A stretch of DNA of 64,000 bases. It comes from Orbicella franksi (Eukaryota). The notes beneath the pieces were generated by a model. The model searched no databases. It was not told where the DNA came from and saw nothing but the letters and a program-made list of their open reading frames with translations. This document shows, one piece after another, positions 25,828 to 38,120 of this stretch. The first letter of the stretch is position 1. Every line of letters starts with the position of its first letter. The DNA is taken from positions 23,560,001-23,624,000 of the forward strand of contig OZ116710.1 of NCBI GenBank assembly GCA_964199315.1. The letters run 5' to 3'. A program made the translations under genes and the position numbers.

Positions 25828-26957
25828 TTGAGGTCGCCGCGGGAAAACTACTTTATTCTAGGTCGCTTAGTGCCTTGGTTAACCTTGTTAGTGAATTTTT
25901 TTTCTGAGAATTTTCAACTTCGATTGAACTTCTCTAGCTGCATTGTGTTGTTAGCCTTTTATTGTATTTCGTTTCAACGGACTTTTGTGAAGTTTTGTCG
26001 CTTGATTAGTTGTACCCTTTCCCCGGGGTATTGTGCTGCTGCATTAGACGAGGAATACGTTTCCACTTTCTTTTTGCCAAATCTGCAGGGTGGGTTTTTT
26101 AGTGGTTGTTCGTATCTGGCGTAGTATACACGTTACTCTTGCTGTATATACGTGAGGACGCTCTGTCGCTATCAGGACTTTCGTGCATCAGAAGACTGAC
26201 TGACATGTCTGAAATAAACTTTTCACATTGAATGTCTCGTGTGAGTGTAGTCAGAATGAAACATTTTGGTGCTTTAGCAGCTGCTCACAGTTTCTTTTAT
26301 TCCTTTCAAATGCCATGCTTGCCAAATGGTGGTGACGTGTTATCGTCATATTTATTTATTTATTTATTAAGCTTCGGCCTACTATTACACATAAAGAAAA
26401 AAAACAAAAAACAAAATGGCCAGGGGAGCCGCTACAGCTTAGCCAATTACAGCGGCCCCCGGCGATTTTTTGGGAATTCGAGTAAGGAAGTGAAGGCGCT
26501 TATTTGTCTTTAACTTTATCTTTATCTTTTTTTCATTTAACATTATGTCAACCGGTTTTGTTCACTTCCCTGTTGGAACTTATAACGGAGATGTGAAAAG
26601 CTAAAATATTTGAAAAACAAATGTAGCTCGTAGATATCCTCTAGATGGGGGACATTAACCATTGACAGCTTTTAGTCTCTTTCCTCACCTCCCTCTCTTT
26701 CTTTCCTTTCCTATGTTTGTTATCACCTTGGAAAGTACACAGTGTTTCCCTTCCCGCCGCCTCAAGCCCCACCCCTTCCACACACATCCCCCGAATAGTG
26801 GTAATTGCAAGATTGTTTATCGGGCCGGGTGTCCGTTTCTAAATTTGCGATTTTGAACGGGCAATCTATGACCGATTTCTTTGACATTTTAGAGTCCAAT
26901 AGAAGAATACTTGAGAAACAAAACGGTCTAATCTTCATAGCAATCACACAATCGATT

Positions 26958-27515
26958 CAGCGTTTATCCTCGAACTAGCGCCCGGGGCGCTTATTTAGAC
27001 ATTTAGGAGAAGGTGGAAGGCGCTTATTCGAGGGGAGTGGGGGGGTGGGGGCTTATTTAATTTTTCCTAAATCGTGGTCAGATATGATCAGGGTTTTTTC
27101 GTAATATATTTATATGTCAGTCCCTCAGAAGTCTCTCAGAAGGGTCTTGTCTCTCTTAGAGAACTACGTAATATAACCCCTTTGGTCGGTTTAAGCATGC
27201 TACACGCACAAGGTTGGCTGGGCTTTAGGCAGTGAATCATCAGATCTTCGTTACCGTCCGGTGCGACGGTCAATTTGCAGTGCTTGAATGAGTCAACGAT
27301 CACTTGCTGTGGTGATTGGGCACGACCAACACGACCAAAACTATACATCCTGTGCTGTCTCAGTACTCTTCGATAAAACAAGGGGAGTAGAGGGGGCGCT
27401 TGTTCGAAGGGAGGCGCTTTTTTAAATTTTGGCCGATGGGAAGGGCGCTTATTCGAAGGGGGCGCTTATTTAAGAGGGGGAGGAGGAGGAGGTCCTAGTT
27501 GGAGGATTTACGGTA
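26958..27515 (-). mobile_element. Internally deleted pogo/Tigger-type DNA transposon
   Basis: TIR cagcgtttatcctcgaactag / ctagttggaggatttacggta, with ggcgcttatt subterminal repeats. The minus-strand peptide VIVDSFKHCKLTVAPDGNEDLMIHCLKPSQPC matches the pogo transposase C-terminus. Confidence 0.7.
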
Positions 27516-28234
27516 TCTATGTAGGAAAAGTTTTCCAAAGCCTTATATTTCAAGAAAATGCAATTAATTTATTTGTTAAACACCGCAAAGAAGCTGGTAA
27601 AAAGTGACAGTTTACTCAAAGCTAGTTCAACAAGAATCCGAATCGTAGAGTTCCTAAATCAGCGACTTTTTACCTTTGCTCTCAAGAAGATTCTACCTTC
27701 GCGTCTGAGTTAAATGTCCTGTAAACGTCGAACTCATGACGCAGCGCAACATTTTCAGGTTGCGAGATCATTAGTATTTTTGAACTAGAAATTATTTCTC
27801 GAATCCGTCCCAGCGGTCGATGACCCAATCTCAAACTTTCAGGGTTTTAAAAACTGACTAAAACCAAGAATAATGACAATCTGTCAGGCAGGCATTTCAC
27901 CATAATGGGAAAAAGTCGAATTTTGACTTCCTTTAAGGTAACAGAAACGCAGACCTCCTTGAATTTACGGTCTCTGTCAGAAAATAAATTCTGAATTTTT
28001 CATTGTAGGTTATATGGTCATTTTTCGCGTTATTTGAGATTGCATTGGTCGACCGCCAATCTTATTTATTCTCCCACATTAGTGTTCGCCCTGTTCGAGC
28101 GCGTGACATAATTTGCAAAGTGATTATAAGAAGGCTAACAAAGAAATGAAAGAATAAGATGGAAAAAGGAAAGAAAAAAGCGAATAGGTACGGTTCGCAA
28201 AACAAGGATAGCCCAAATTTCTAGTTGTAATTAC

Positions 28235-28910
28235 TACATATCCAGCACAAAGACATCGATTTCTGATCCCAATTTCACGCCTGTACTTCCAAATGACTAG
28301 AAAAAGGGGATTGACCTTGGGAGTTTCTTGTAATTACCTATATACCCCGCACCAAGACATCGATGACCCCGATTTTCGTTTTCATACGTTATTTTCCAAA
28401 TCTCCAGAAAAAGCGGGGTTGACTTCGCGAGTTTCTCAGTTGTGATTAGCTACATATACCGCACCAAGACATCAATTTCTGACCCCAGTTTCGCGCATAC
28501 ACTTCCAAATGACTAGAAAAACGGAGTTGACTTTGCGAGTTTCTTGTAATTACCTACATACCCCGCACCAAGACATCGATTTCTGACCCCAATTTCGCGC
28601 ATACTCTTCCAAATGACTAGAAAAACGGAGTTGACTTTGCGAGTTTCTTGTAATTACCTACATACCCCGCACCAAGACATTGATTTCTGACCCCGATTTT
28701 CGTTTTCATACATTATTTACCAAATCACCAAACAAAGCGGAGTTCCCTTTGCGAGTTTCTCAGTTGTAATTACCTACGGATCCCGCACTGAGACATCGAT
28801 GTCTGACCCCAATTTCACGCATGCACTTCCAAATAACTAGAAAAACGGGATTGACTTTGCGAGTTTCTTGCAATCACCTATATACCCCGCACCAAGACAT
28901 CGATTTGTGA
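28235..28910. repeat. Minisatellite, about 104-117-bp unit, about 6.5 copies
   Basis: The unit ccccgcaccaagacatcgatttctgaccccaatttcgcgc...gttgactttgcgagtttcttgtaattacctacata recurs at about 28240, 28345, 28458, 28561, 28665, 28782 and 28885. Confidence 0.9.
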
Positions 28911-30479
28911 TTTCGAAAGATGGACATGTAGTCAAAATGCCCCGTTTCTGTGTAGTTAAAATTCAGGGATTTAAGGGTTGAATAATTGAGTGGAATCACC
29001 GTGAAAAAAAGTATCGACCTTCGGGATGGGGAGCGGTAGCAGAGGGGGGGTTTAGAGATAATTGTACGTAGCGAAAAGGGACAGTCTGAAGAAAAGGAAG
29101 CTTGGTATGCTTAGTTTTGCATTAGCCTCCCTCCCCACCCTCTGAATAATGACCGGTCTCCAAAGTATTGTAATGTACCTGTGAAATCCTAAAAATATAC
29201 AGAACGCTAAAAATTTCCGTGTATCAAGCTATAACACTCAGACCGTCAAATCATTCTCACTCCTTTAAATCCACAAGGCGTTGCGAGGCAGTCGCATTTC
29301 CGCTTACAAAACCGTCAACGGGAACGAGAAGTTTCGTTTCTGTGTGTTTATGGTGATATCTTCAGGCAATATTGCTATGCTTATTATTTAAAACCAAGAA
29401 AAATTTCCCGCGATCCTTTCTGATAAAAAGGTTAAATACTGCGTGGTGCTCGTTGTGATTCCAGTGTCCATAATAAGAATTCAACTGACTAGCCTAACCG
29501 GCCTAACAACGCAACTTGTTCTGATCCGTCGAAATGTTAGAAATTGGTCATGATCAGATCGACAAACCACGTTCTTTAAATAGCCAATGTGATCCGCCCG
29601 GAATAGGCTCACTACCCTCCGGGGGAAGGCACTCCCTCTAAACAGGGTTTATAACTTTGTATTTAGCTTCTCGGACAATTGAACAGGGTGTGTTTCTGCA
29701 CCGGAAGCCTTGATGCCAACAATTTTTTTTAATACAATTCTGTGATGTGAGTTGTAAATAAAAACAGTTATTGTACGTTAACTGGAAAGCAAATCCGGGT
29801 CACGAATAAAGGTCTCTTTTCTTAAACAGGATATCGAAATGAACGGATACTTTGTTAAAAAGTGTCAGGCTTTGAGGGCCTCGCCTAACTTGACCCCACC
29901 AAACTTTCCTTGAGTGCCCCTCTCCCTCCGAGCCAACCTATATGCACAGATAGGTTGGACCACTATAGTTGTTCAGATCAGTTAGGGTTATTGAGGTGTT
30001 TTTCAGTTTGTGCAAACTCAGACACAAGAAAAACTGAAAACATCAATTGCGTCGGTCTGCATAGTTATTAAAGCCCATGGAGACATAGAAGGTATTTCAT
30101 TTCTCTGACATCAATCTGTTTACAATGCCTTTCCCGCTAGCGTATTGCATCGTAGTTATTTTTCACCAATATAAAATTTCGGACAGGCAACGCACATGAA
30201 AGGGCGCATTACAGGATCTCCTTCTTCGGACTCATATTATACTAGGGGTATATGCTCTACACCGTTATTCTTCGTGGAAGTAAGTCTAAGAAATAAATTT
30301 CAGAGTTCTGTGTTGGGGTATGGCTACCTTTATTTGCAAGTTTCCTCTTGAAAAACCAAAATCGTTTGCAAGTTAAAATAAGAAGAAAACGTGTACCGTT
30401 TAAAGTTACATTTTCATCTCTTTAATGTTCAATCATAACAGACAGCAAAGTGCAATGGAGTGACAAACATTTCCTGACA

Positions 30480-33400
30480 TTATTCCGAATCAGTCTCCTC
30501 GCTTCGATTCTTGTCTTGTCCTGCATCTGCTGCATTTCGATTTACTGCAAATAACTTCTCCGCGGTTTGTCTTGAGCAACCTTCTTTAATCGTAACCATA
30601 TAAATCAATGCCTATGGTAATCAAAAATAATAACAAAGAAAAATAGTGAAACTGCAATATGGTGTTCATAAGAATTACCGACGTTTGCCTTATATAATAT
30701 ATCACAAACAAATAAACATTTCACAAAAGTACATCAGGGAATAGGTAGAGGGTAACTACAGGAAATCTCTAATAACGAAAACAGCTCTAGGTAGGTGAGA
30801 CATTAGGCTGGTAAGGCGAGTAGGAGAGCAGGTATTGAAAAGTTGAGAGATAAGCAGCATCTGGTAAAGAAAGGAAGGACTAACTTACCTCAGGAACTAA
30901 GACGGACATGAGGTAGCTCATCATCCTGGTGTTGGTTGGCTTAAAGTCTGACCAAATGCTCGGCAAAAATGACTTTATTTCATTAGTAAATCTTCTGATC
31001 TGTCCGAGGAAAAAGAATTACAACACTTTTTAAGAAGTGCTTGAATTACAATCACAACTGTAATCATAATCATTAACACGATAATAAGCGAAACACTCTA
31101 CGAATGAATAAATTAACTGATAACAAAAAAAGACAGCTACTATCAACAATTTTGCACATACCTTTGACCCGGTGAAATAACTGGTACAGTCACAACTGTG
31201 TATCAGAACTTCGTGTTCCTTTCTGGCGTTAAAAAGGCCATGCCTAGCGCTGGCGGTGTTCCCGTAAAGGATATTCTTAAGGTGGTCCTGTAAATAGATT
31301 TTAATATTATACAATTTTTAGAACCCCTTAAAAGCCATAACCGAGATAGGAAATAATTGATGCCAACTATTTCATGCATTCAATGAATTATAACTATTGA
31401 CGATTTGGAAGGAATCAAGGCTTCTTTTTGTTTCTATTTGAAAAAGACAGGGGAAGTCTGCTAATATCACCCTAATTGGATTGTGGATACTACCTTCAAA
31501 CCTGCGAGTTCCGGAGACTGAAAAAGTGACATTCCGGATGGATAATTCCTGATTGACGAGAAAAAGAAATACAAGTTGGTTACGAAAGCAGAGCTATCAT
31601 CTGACAACTCGCAAAAGATGTGAAACGTTCAGTGGGCGATAAGAAAAAAGTATCACACACTCACGACGGGTTAAGTTCTTTCGTCTTGCAACCGCAGAAG
31701 TACGGTCCATCCGGAACTCTCTCTATTCCGACACATTCAAAATGAAACCATTTAAAGCAGTCCTCGCAGTAAACCCAATTTTGCTGGTTTTCAGCCCGTT
31801 CACCTCTCCTCTTTTTTCTTTCAGGAACCTGCTGGCAAAGAGCCGCTTCACAGTTTTCATCTTCTGTACCATATTTACCCTTCTCCAACCTCTGCGTCGC
31901 TTTCCTCTTTCTAGTGGAACGTCTGGTATTGGTAGTGGCTATGGTGGATACGATGGTGGTGTTATCCGATATTGTGATGCTTGATGATGGTGTGGTGTTT
32001 GATGGTGTGGTGCTTGAAGGTGTGGTGCTCGGTGGTGCGGTACTTTGTAGTGTGTTGCCTGATGGTGCGGTGCCTGGTGCTGCGGTGACTAGCAGTGTGG
32101 TGCTTGGAAGTGTGGTGCTTGATGGTGTAGTGCTTGGTAGTATGGCACTTACAGATGTGGTGCTTGGAGGTGTGGTGCCTGGCAGTGTGATGCCTGGTAG
32201 TGTGATGCCTGGTGGTGTGGTGCTTGGAAGTGTGCTGCTTGATGGTGTGGTGCTTGGAAGTGTGCTGCTTGATGGTGTGGTGCTCAGTGGTGTGGTGCTT
32301 GGAAGTGTGCTGCTTGATGGTGTGGTGCTCGGTGGTGTGGTGCTTGGCTGTGCGGTGCTAGCTGCTGGAGTACTAGTGTTGTTTTCCTGTAGTGTATTGT
32401 TGATGATGGCTGGTGATGTGGTGGAGGATTGTAGTGTGTTTGCAGCTATGTTGATAGGGTTAGCTGATGTTGTCCTGTTGGATGGTTGACCGTTGGTGGT
32501 TATGATTGTGGTATCGGCGCTTATTGCAGGTGTCACAGTGTTATGCGTTAACGGTATCGTGGAACTAATCGTCTGTGGTGGTATGGGCGTGTTTGGAGCG
32601 GTAAGTTTGAAGATAATGTCGTTTTTAGCCGCAATTATTTTCTTCAAATTACCCACTCCATAACCCGATGGATGTTTTAAGGGCAGTGAGCCCATGTTTT
32701 CCACCAAAAGAGAAATTTTATTGCACTTAATGTCCTTATATGGGACTCTCATGCCACTCTTTCCGCATGCCTCACCTGGAAAATACAAGCGGAGTGAAAG
32801 ACTTTTAACCTTACATCCTTGCCGCGGACAAAGGCTGCCAGGCAAGGTTAAAAACCCCATTAACCCTATCGTGATTTGGCTTTTTCGGTCTCACTTAGAG
32901 TAACTGGCGCTTAAACATCCCTAAAGATATGTAATTATTTACCATATGTACGGTTGAATTGTAATAAATAAATAAACAAAATAAATAAACAATTAAATGA
33001 TAAACAAAAAGAATGAATGCATTAATGAGCGAAAGAACGAATAAACGAAAGAAGTAAAGAAAGAAAGAGAGTAGGAAAGAAAAAAAAGAAACACCAACTT
33101 TCCATCCATAAATTTAAACAAATCTAACGCTAAAATTTTCTCATGATGTAAACGACTACGTGCCGATAACTTTTCCACGAAAAATATACGGAAACGTTTG
33201 TTTAACGTAAGACATTCTTCATCAAGTACAGCTCACCGTTGTACTTGATATTTATACTTGGGTTTGGTAACGATGGAACACATACCGAGCAGAGAGCTTT
33301 AAGGAAAAGTAACTTACTGTATTTCCTGTTGAAGAGGTCAATTACTTGGCGACGCAAGTCTTCCTTTTCCGATCGGGAGGACGTCGTTATCCTTTCTCCT

Positions 33401-34382
33401 CCGGATGCTCCTGACAAAACCGAAATAACAGGTGACAAAATTATGACTGTTAAACATTGCGACATTTCGTAGATTGATCAGAGATCTCAAATCACGTTGA
33501 AATGAACTGAACTGAACTGACCTTCGCCATTGACAAACGAGTAAAACTTTGGAGCCAGCCGGAAATTCTCTACGAATTGTATTGCCCTTGGATGGCCAAG
33601 AACGTCCATACTTCCGTTGCCAGTGTCGCAAATAAAAAGACACTTAACACCTAAATCCTTTAGGTTTTGACACTGAAAAATAAAAAGACAAGGAACAGAA
33701 GAAATTTTAACAAGTTTATTGGTGAATTTATGAAACATTTTAAAATTGCTTTACCTCCCGTTTAACTTTCTTGAGTGTCCTATTTATTTGCTCTTTATCA
33801 GAAACAACTTCATCTGAGAGAAAATCCTCCTTTTCGTCCTCTGGAAGCTCACGCCACCTCTCAGCAAGAAAAGAATTCCTCTCTTCAAAGGTCATGTCTT
33901 TTATTTGTTCTGTAAAAAATCGTTCAAAGAAAAATTACAATTTTGTCCAAAAATCGCAAACCTCTTCTCAATAACGAATTTTCGCTACCAAACACGCCGT
34001 TTTAACATCGTCGACTCGGGGCACGACAGAGTTGCTATTCATGTTTTATTATAAGTGACCAAGATTCCAGCATAAGAACGTAAGAAAACGAACCCACCGT
34101 CTACTCTAGCGATCTCTTTGCAGAAAAGGTTAAAACCGTTCAAGTGTGACTTGTTTTGTCTGAAAAAGCAAAAAAAAATGTATGTAAAATGTTTACCAAA
34201 CGAAAACAAATAAATTCGTATGTAGATGTACGGATAACTGCATATCAACAACAATGGGAATAGGCTCGCTCAAGGGTGGCTGGAGGTTTAAGTTTAAAAA
34301 TATATTAAAAGACCGGTAAGGAGCAAGTTGCACCCTTTGTGCTATAGAAAATTTTAGGTGCTCACCTGACACGTTTAGGCAT
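30480..34382 (-). CDS. Uncharacterised 670-aa HMG-box + S/T/P-repeat + PHD-finger protein, 10 exons, intact; probable KDZ-transposon accessory gene
   Basis: Exons (minus): 34366-34382, 34098-34159, 33755-33909, 33522-33672, 33318-33410, 31665-32775, 31494-31548, 31162-31287, 30889-30999, 30480-30611. All are GT-AG and phase-compatible, 2013 nt with no internal stop. HMG box: KSHLNGFNLFCKE...LAERWRELPEDEKEDF. PHD: C-x4-C...WVYCEDCFKWFHFECVGI...YFCGC. Confidence 0.85.
31960..32360 (-). repeat. Coding 15/30-bp tandem repeat (STTPS/STLPS/GITLP units)
   Basis: ggtgtggtgctt-type units on the + strand encode the Thr/Ser/Pro-rich linker in exon 6. Confidence 0.85.
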
Positions 34383-34629
34383 GGTACAATAGAGAAATTG
34401 CAAGACTCAGAAACTTGGTTAGATGTGATATGGAGAGGAAGACAATAGCACTTTGATTGCAAAATCTTTGTTCAGTTATTAGCTATGTTACGCAACAAAG
34501 GTCAATGCGATTTCAATCATCACTTAGAAAAATGTCACGCAGTCAATACAGCAAAGTTGGACCAAGCTCTTATGCATGCTAAACTAGCATCGAATTAATA
34601 GCCCAAACATGGGATCTCGTAGCACATGA

Positions 34630-37600
34630 CAGGATTCCAAAATTATTACTGCACTTGTCGCTTTTGTCTGAACTGCGTGGCATTAAAAAAATCAAATAGT
34701 AGCTGCTTTATTTCAGTCATGTTCAGTCAGGGCTACCCGCCATTACATCGCCCGGCCGTAGGATCCTACAGCCTCTACATGACGCGATCAGGAGCGCAAT
34801 GTCATTCGTTTCATGGCTTGTTGTCCCCACTGTACGGTACCACAATCCTTATTGAGGTTTTTTATAGCAGAAGTTTAAATTAAATGCCAGTGGCCTTGAT
34901 TTGGGACGACTCTAAATTGTGAACTGAACTAATCCTTAGAGTTCCCTCACCCGGCCATACCCATACTATAGTACACAGCCAGGAGTCCAATTTCATTCCC
35001 TTCACAGCTTTCAATCTCCGATCGGCGACACTCACAGTTTTTCATCGGTTATTTCCATTGAAGCAACTTAGATGAAAGGAGAAATTTCCCTATTTGAGGC
35101 GACTTCAGAAGTTTACTTTTCACCGAGGGTTACCCATCATTAAATCGCCGACCCTTGGATCCTACAGATGCTTACACGACGCGGCCATGAGCGCAATTTC
35201 ATTCCTTTCATGGCTTGTCGTGCCCATTGCACGGTATAACAAGCCCTATTTACGTTTATTTTTATAACAGAAGCTTAAATTAAAAGCCAATAATGGTCTT
35301 GATTTGAGACGGCTGTAGAATGGGACTTCAACAGTTAAAATTACCCGGCAGGAACTCACCCGATCGTAACCATAATATAGTACACAGCCCAGCTTTCTAT
35401 CTTCGATTATCGGCGTTAGCGAATATTTTTTATTCAAGAAGAGTGGATGAAACGAAAAATGGCCTTACTTGAGGCGGCTTTAGAATTTATTTTTCACTGA
35501 GAGCTACCCATCATTAAATCGCCCGGTCGTAGGATCCTATAGTACGGCATCGGAGGAGCCTAAAATCATTCCATTTGCGGAATTTTATCGGCAAACAGCG
35601 ACATAAAACATTGTTTTCCGTATTTCGCGCTTTTGTCTGAACTGCGTGGGACTAAAAAATCAAATGGTTAGCTGCTTTTTTCAGATCATGTTCAGTTAGG
35701 GCTACCCGGCATTAAATCGCCCGGCCGTAGGATCCTACAGACTCTACATGACGCGGCCAGGAGCGCAATTTAATTCGTTTTCTGACTTGTTGTCCCTAAT
35801 GTTAGGTTTAACAATCCTTAATGACGTTTTTCTTTGCAGCAGAAGCTTAAATAAATGACAATGGTCTTGATTTGATACGGCTATAAATTGTCAAATAAAT
35901 CACCCTCAGAGTTCCTGTGCTATAGTACACAGCCAGGAGTCCAATTTCATTCCTTTCATAGCTTTCTATCTCCGATCGGCGGCGCTCACAGTTTTTTATC
36001 GGATATTTCCATCGTTCTGTCGAAGTAACTTAGATGAAAGGAGAAATTCCCTTATTTGAGGCGACTTCAGAAGTTTACTTTTCAGCAAGGGATACCCATC
36101 ATTAAATCGCCCGGCCGTAGGATCCTATAGTACATGCCCGGAGTACATGACACCAGAGGAGCAAAAAATCATTCCATTTGCGGCATTTTTATCGGCAGAC
36201 AGCGACATGAGACGTTGTAACTGTATTTTGCACTTTTGTCTGAAATGTGTGGCATTAAAAAATCAAATGGTAAGCGGCTATATGTCAGATTAAGTTCAGT
36301 TAGGGCTGCCTGCCATTAAATCGCCCGGCCGTAGGATCCTACAGCTAGCCTCTACATGACGCGACCAGGAGCGCAATTTAATTCCTTTTAGGGTTTGGTG
36401 TCCCCAATGTACGGTACAACAATCCTTATTGAGGTTTTTTTATAGCAGAAGCTTAAATTAAACGACAGTGGCCTTGATTTGAGACGGCTGTAAATTGTGA
36501 ACTGAACTAACCCTTAGAGTTCCCTCACCCGGCCATACCCATACTATAGTACACAGCCAGGAGTCCAATTTCATTTCCTTCACAGCTTTCAATCTCCGAT
36601 CGGCGACACTCACAGTTTTTCATCGGTTATTTCCATTGAAGCAACTTAGATGAAAGGAGAAATTTCCCTATTTGAGGCGACTTCAGAAGTTTAATTTTCA
36701 CCGAGGACTACCCATCATTAAATCGCCCGGCCCCAGGATCCTACAGACGCTACACGACGCGGCCACGAGCGCAATTTCATTCCTTTCGTGACTTGCCGTG
36801 CCCAATGCACGGTATAACAAGCCCTATTTACGTTTATTTTTATAACAGAAGCTTAAATTAAACGCCAATAATGGTCTTGATTTGAGACGGCTGTAGAATG
36901 GGACTTCAACAGTTAGAATTACCCGGCAGAAACTCACCCGATCGTAACCATATTATAGTACACAGCCCAGCTTTCTATCTCCGATTATCGGCGTTAGCGA
37001 ATATTTTTCATTCAAGAAGAGTAAATGAAATGAGAAATGGCCTTTTTTGAGACGACTTTTGAATTTTAATTTTTCGCTGAGGGCTACCCATCATTAAATC
37101 GCCCGGCCGTAGCATCCTATAGTACGACACCGGAGGAGTCCAAAATCATTCCATTTGCGGAATTTTATCGGCAAACAGTGACATAAAACATTATTGCTGT
37201 ATTTCGCGCTTTTGTCTGAACTGCGTGGGAGTAAAAAATCAAATGGTACGTTGTTAGAGTTCAGATCATGTTCAGTCAGGGCTACCCAGCTTTTAATCAC
37301 CCGGCCGTAGGATCCTACAGACTCTACACGACGCGGTCAGGAGTGCAATATTACTCGATTCATGGTTTGTAGTCCCCAGTTTACAGTATAACAATCCTTA
37401 ATGAAGCTAAATTGAATTAAATGACAATGGTCTTGATTTTAGACGGCTGTATTGTGACATGACCCTTAAAGTTCCCTCACCCGGCCATACCCATACTATA
37501 GTACACAGCCAGGAGTTCAATTTCATTCCCTTCGCAGCTTTCCATCTCCGATCTGCGGAGCTAACAGTTTTTCATCGGTTATTTCCATTGAAGTAGCTTA

Positions 37601-37900
37601 GATGAAAGGAGAAATTTCCTTATCAGAGGCGACTTCGGAAGTTTACTTTTCACCGAGAGCTACCCATAATTTTAAACGCTCGGATGTAAGATCCTACAGA
37701 CTCTGTGAGTCCACTCGCCAGTCGTTTTATAGCTTGTTGTCATCAATTCACGGTATAAACAGTCATTTTTCCAGCTTTTGTTATTTTTTCATAGCAGAAG
37801 TTTGAATAAAACGACAAATGGTTTTGATATGACGGGTTTGTAAAATGTGACTTCACCCTTAGAGTCAGCCGGCATAAAATCGCCCGGTTGTAGTATCCTA
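34630..37900. repeat. Complex tandem array with about 200/400-bp periodicity and a 1.57-kb higher-order duplication
   Basis: The core cattaaatcgcccggccgtaggatcctaca occurs at about 34742, 35138, 35512, 35710, 36100, 36313, 36716, 37091, 37293, 37665 and 37875. tttgtctgaactgcgtgg occurs at about 34662, 35632, 36234 and 37211. Confidence 0.9.
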
Positions 37901-38120
37901 CCATACTAGGCTCGTACTATAGTACGTACTATGACGGGTGACGCCCGCGTAATTTGGTGCACTTTCAGCGGGCATCACCCACAGGAGTCATGTGAACCGG
38001 GTGACACAGAGTGGTGGCGAGTACAGTCTCGTTTGACAGCGGTTTTTCACAATGGAAAGGTTAGTACTAGAAATCTGACCAATCCTCGTTTAGCTTAAAA
38101 TTTCCCAATCTAAATCCAAC

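Noticed and set aside
31661-31663. TGA as the end of the PHD protein, with a separate downstream gene
   Set aside because: The TGA is part of a GTGAGT donor. Splicing to 31548 keeps the frame through four more exons.
31914-32489. 191-aa Val/Leu/Gly-rich ORF on +
   Set aside because: It is the antisense shadow of the S/T/P coding repeat in the HMG-PHD gene.
34630-37900. CRISPR-like appearance (conserved core with intervening sequence)
   Set aside because: The intervening segments are paralogous to each other and 170-370 bp long, there are no cas genes, and the context is eukaryotic.
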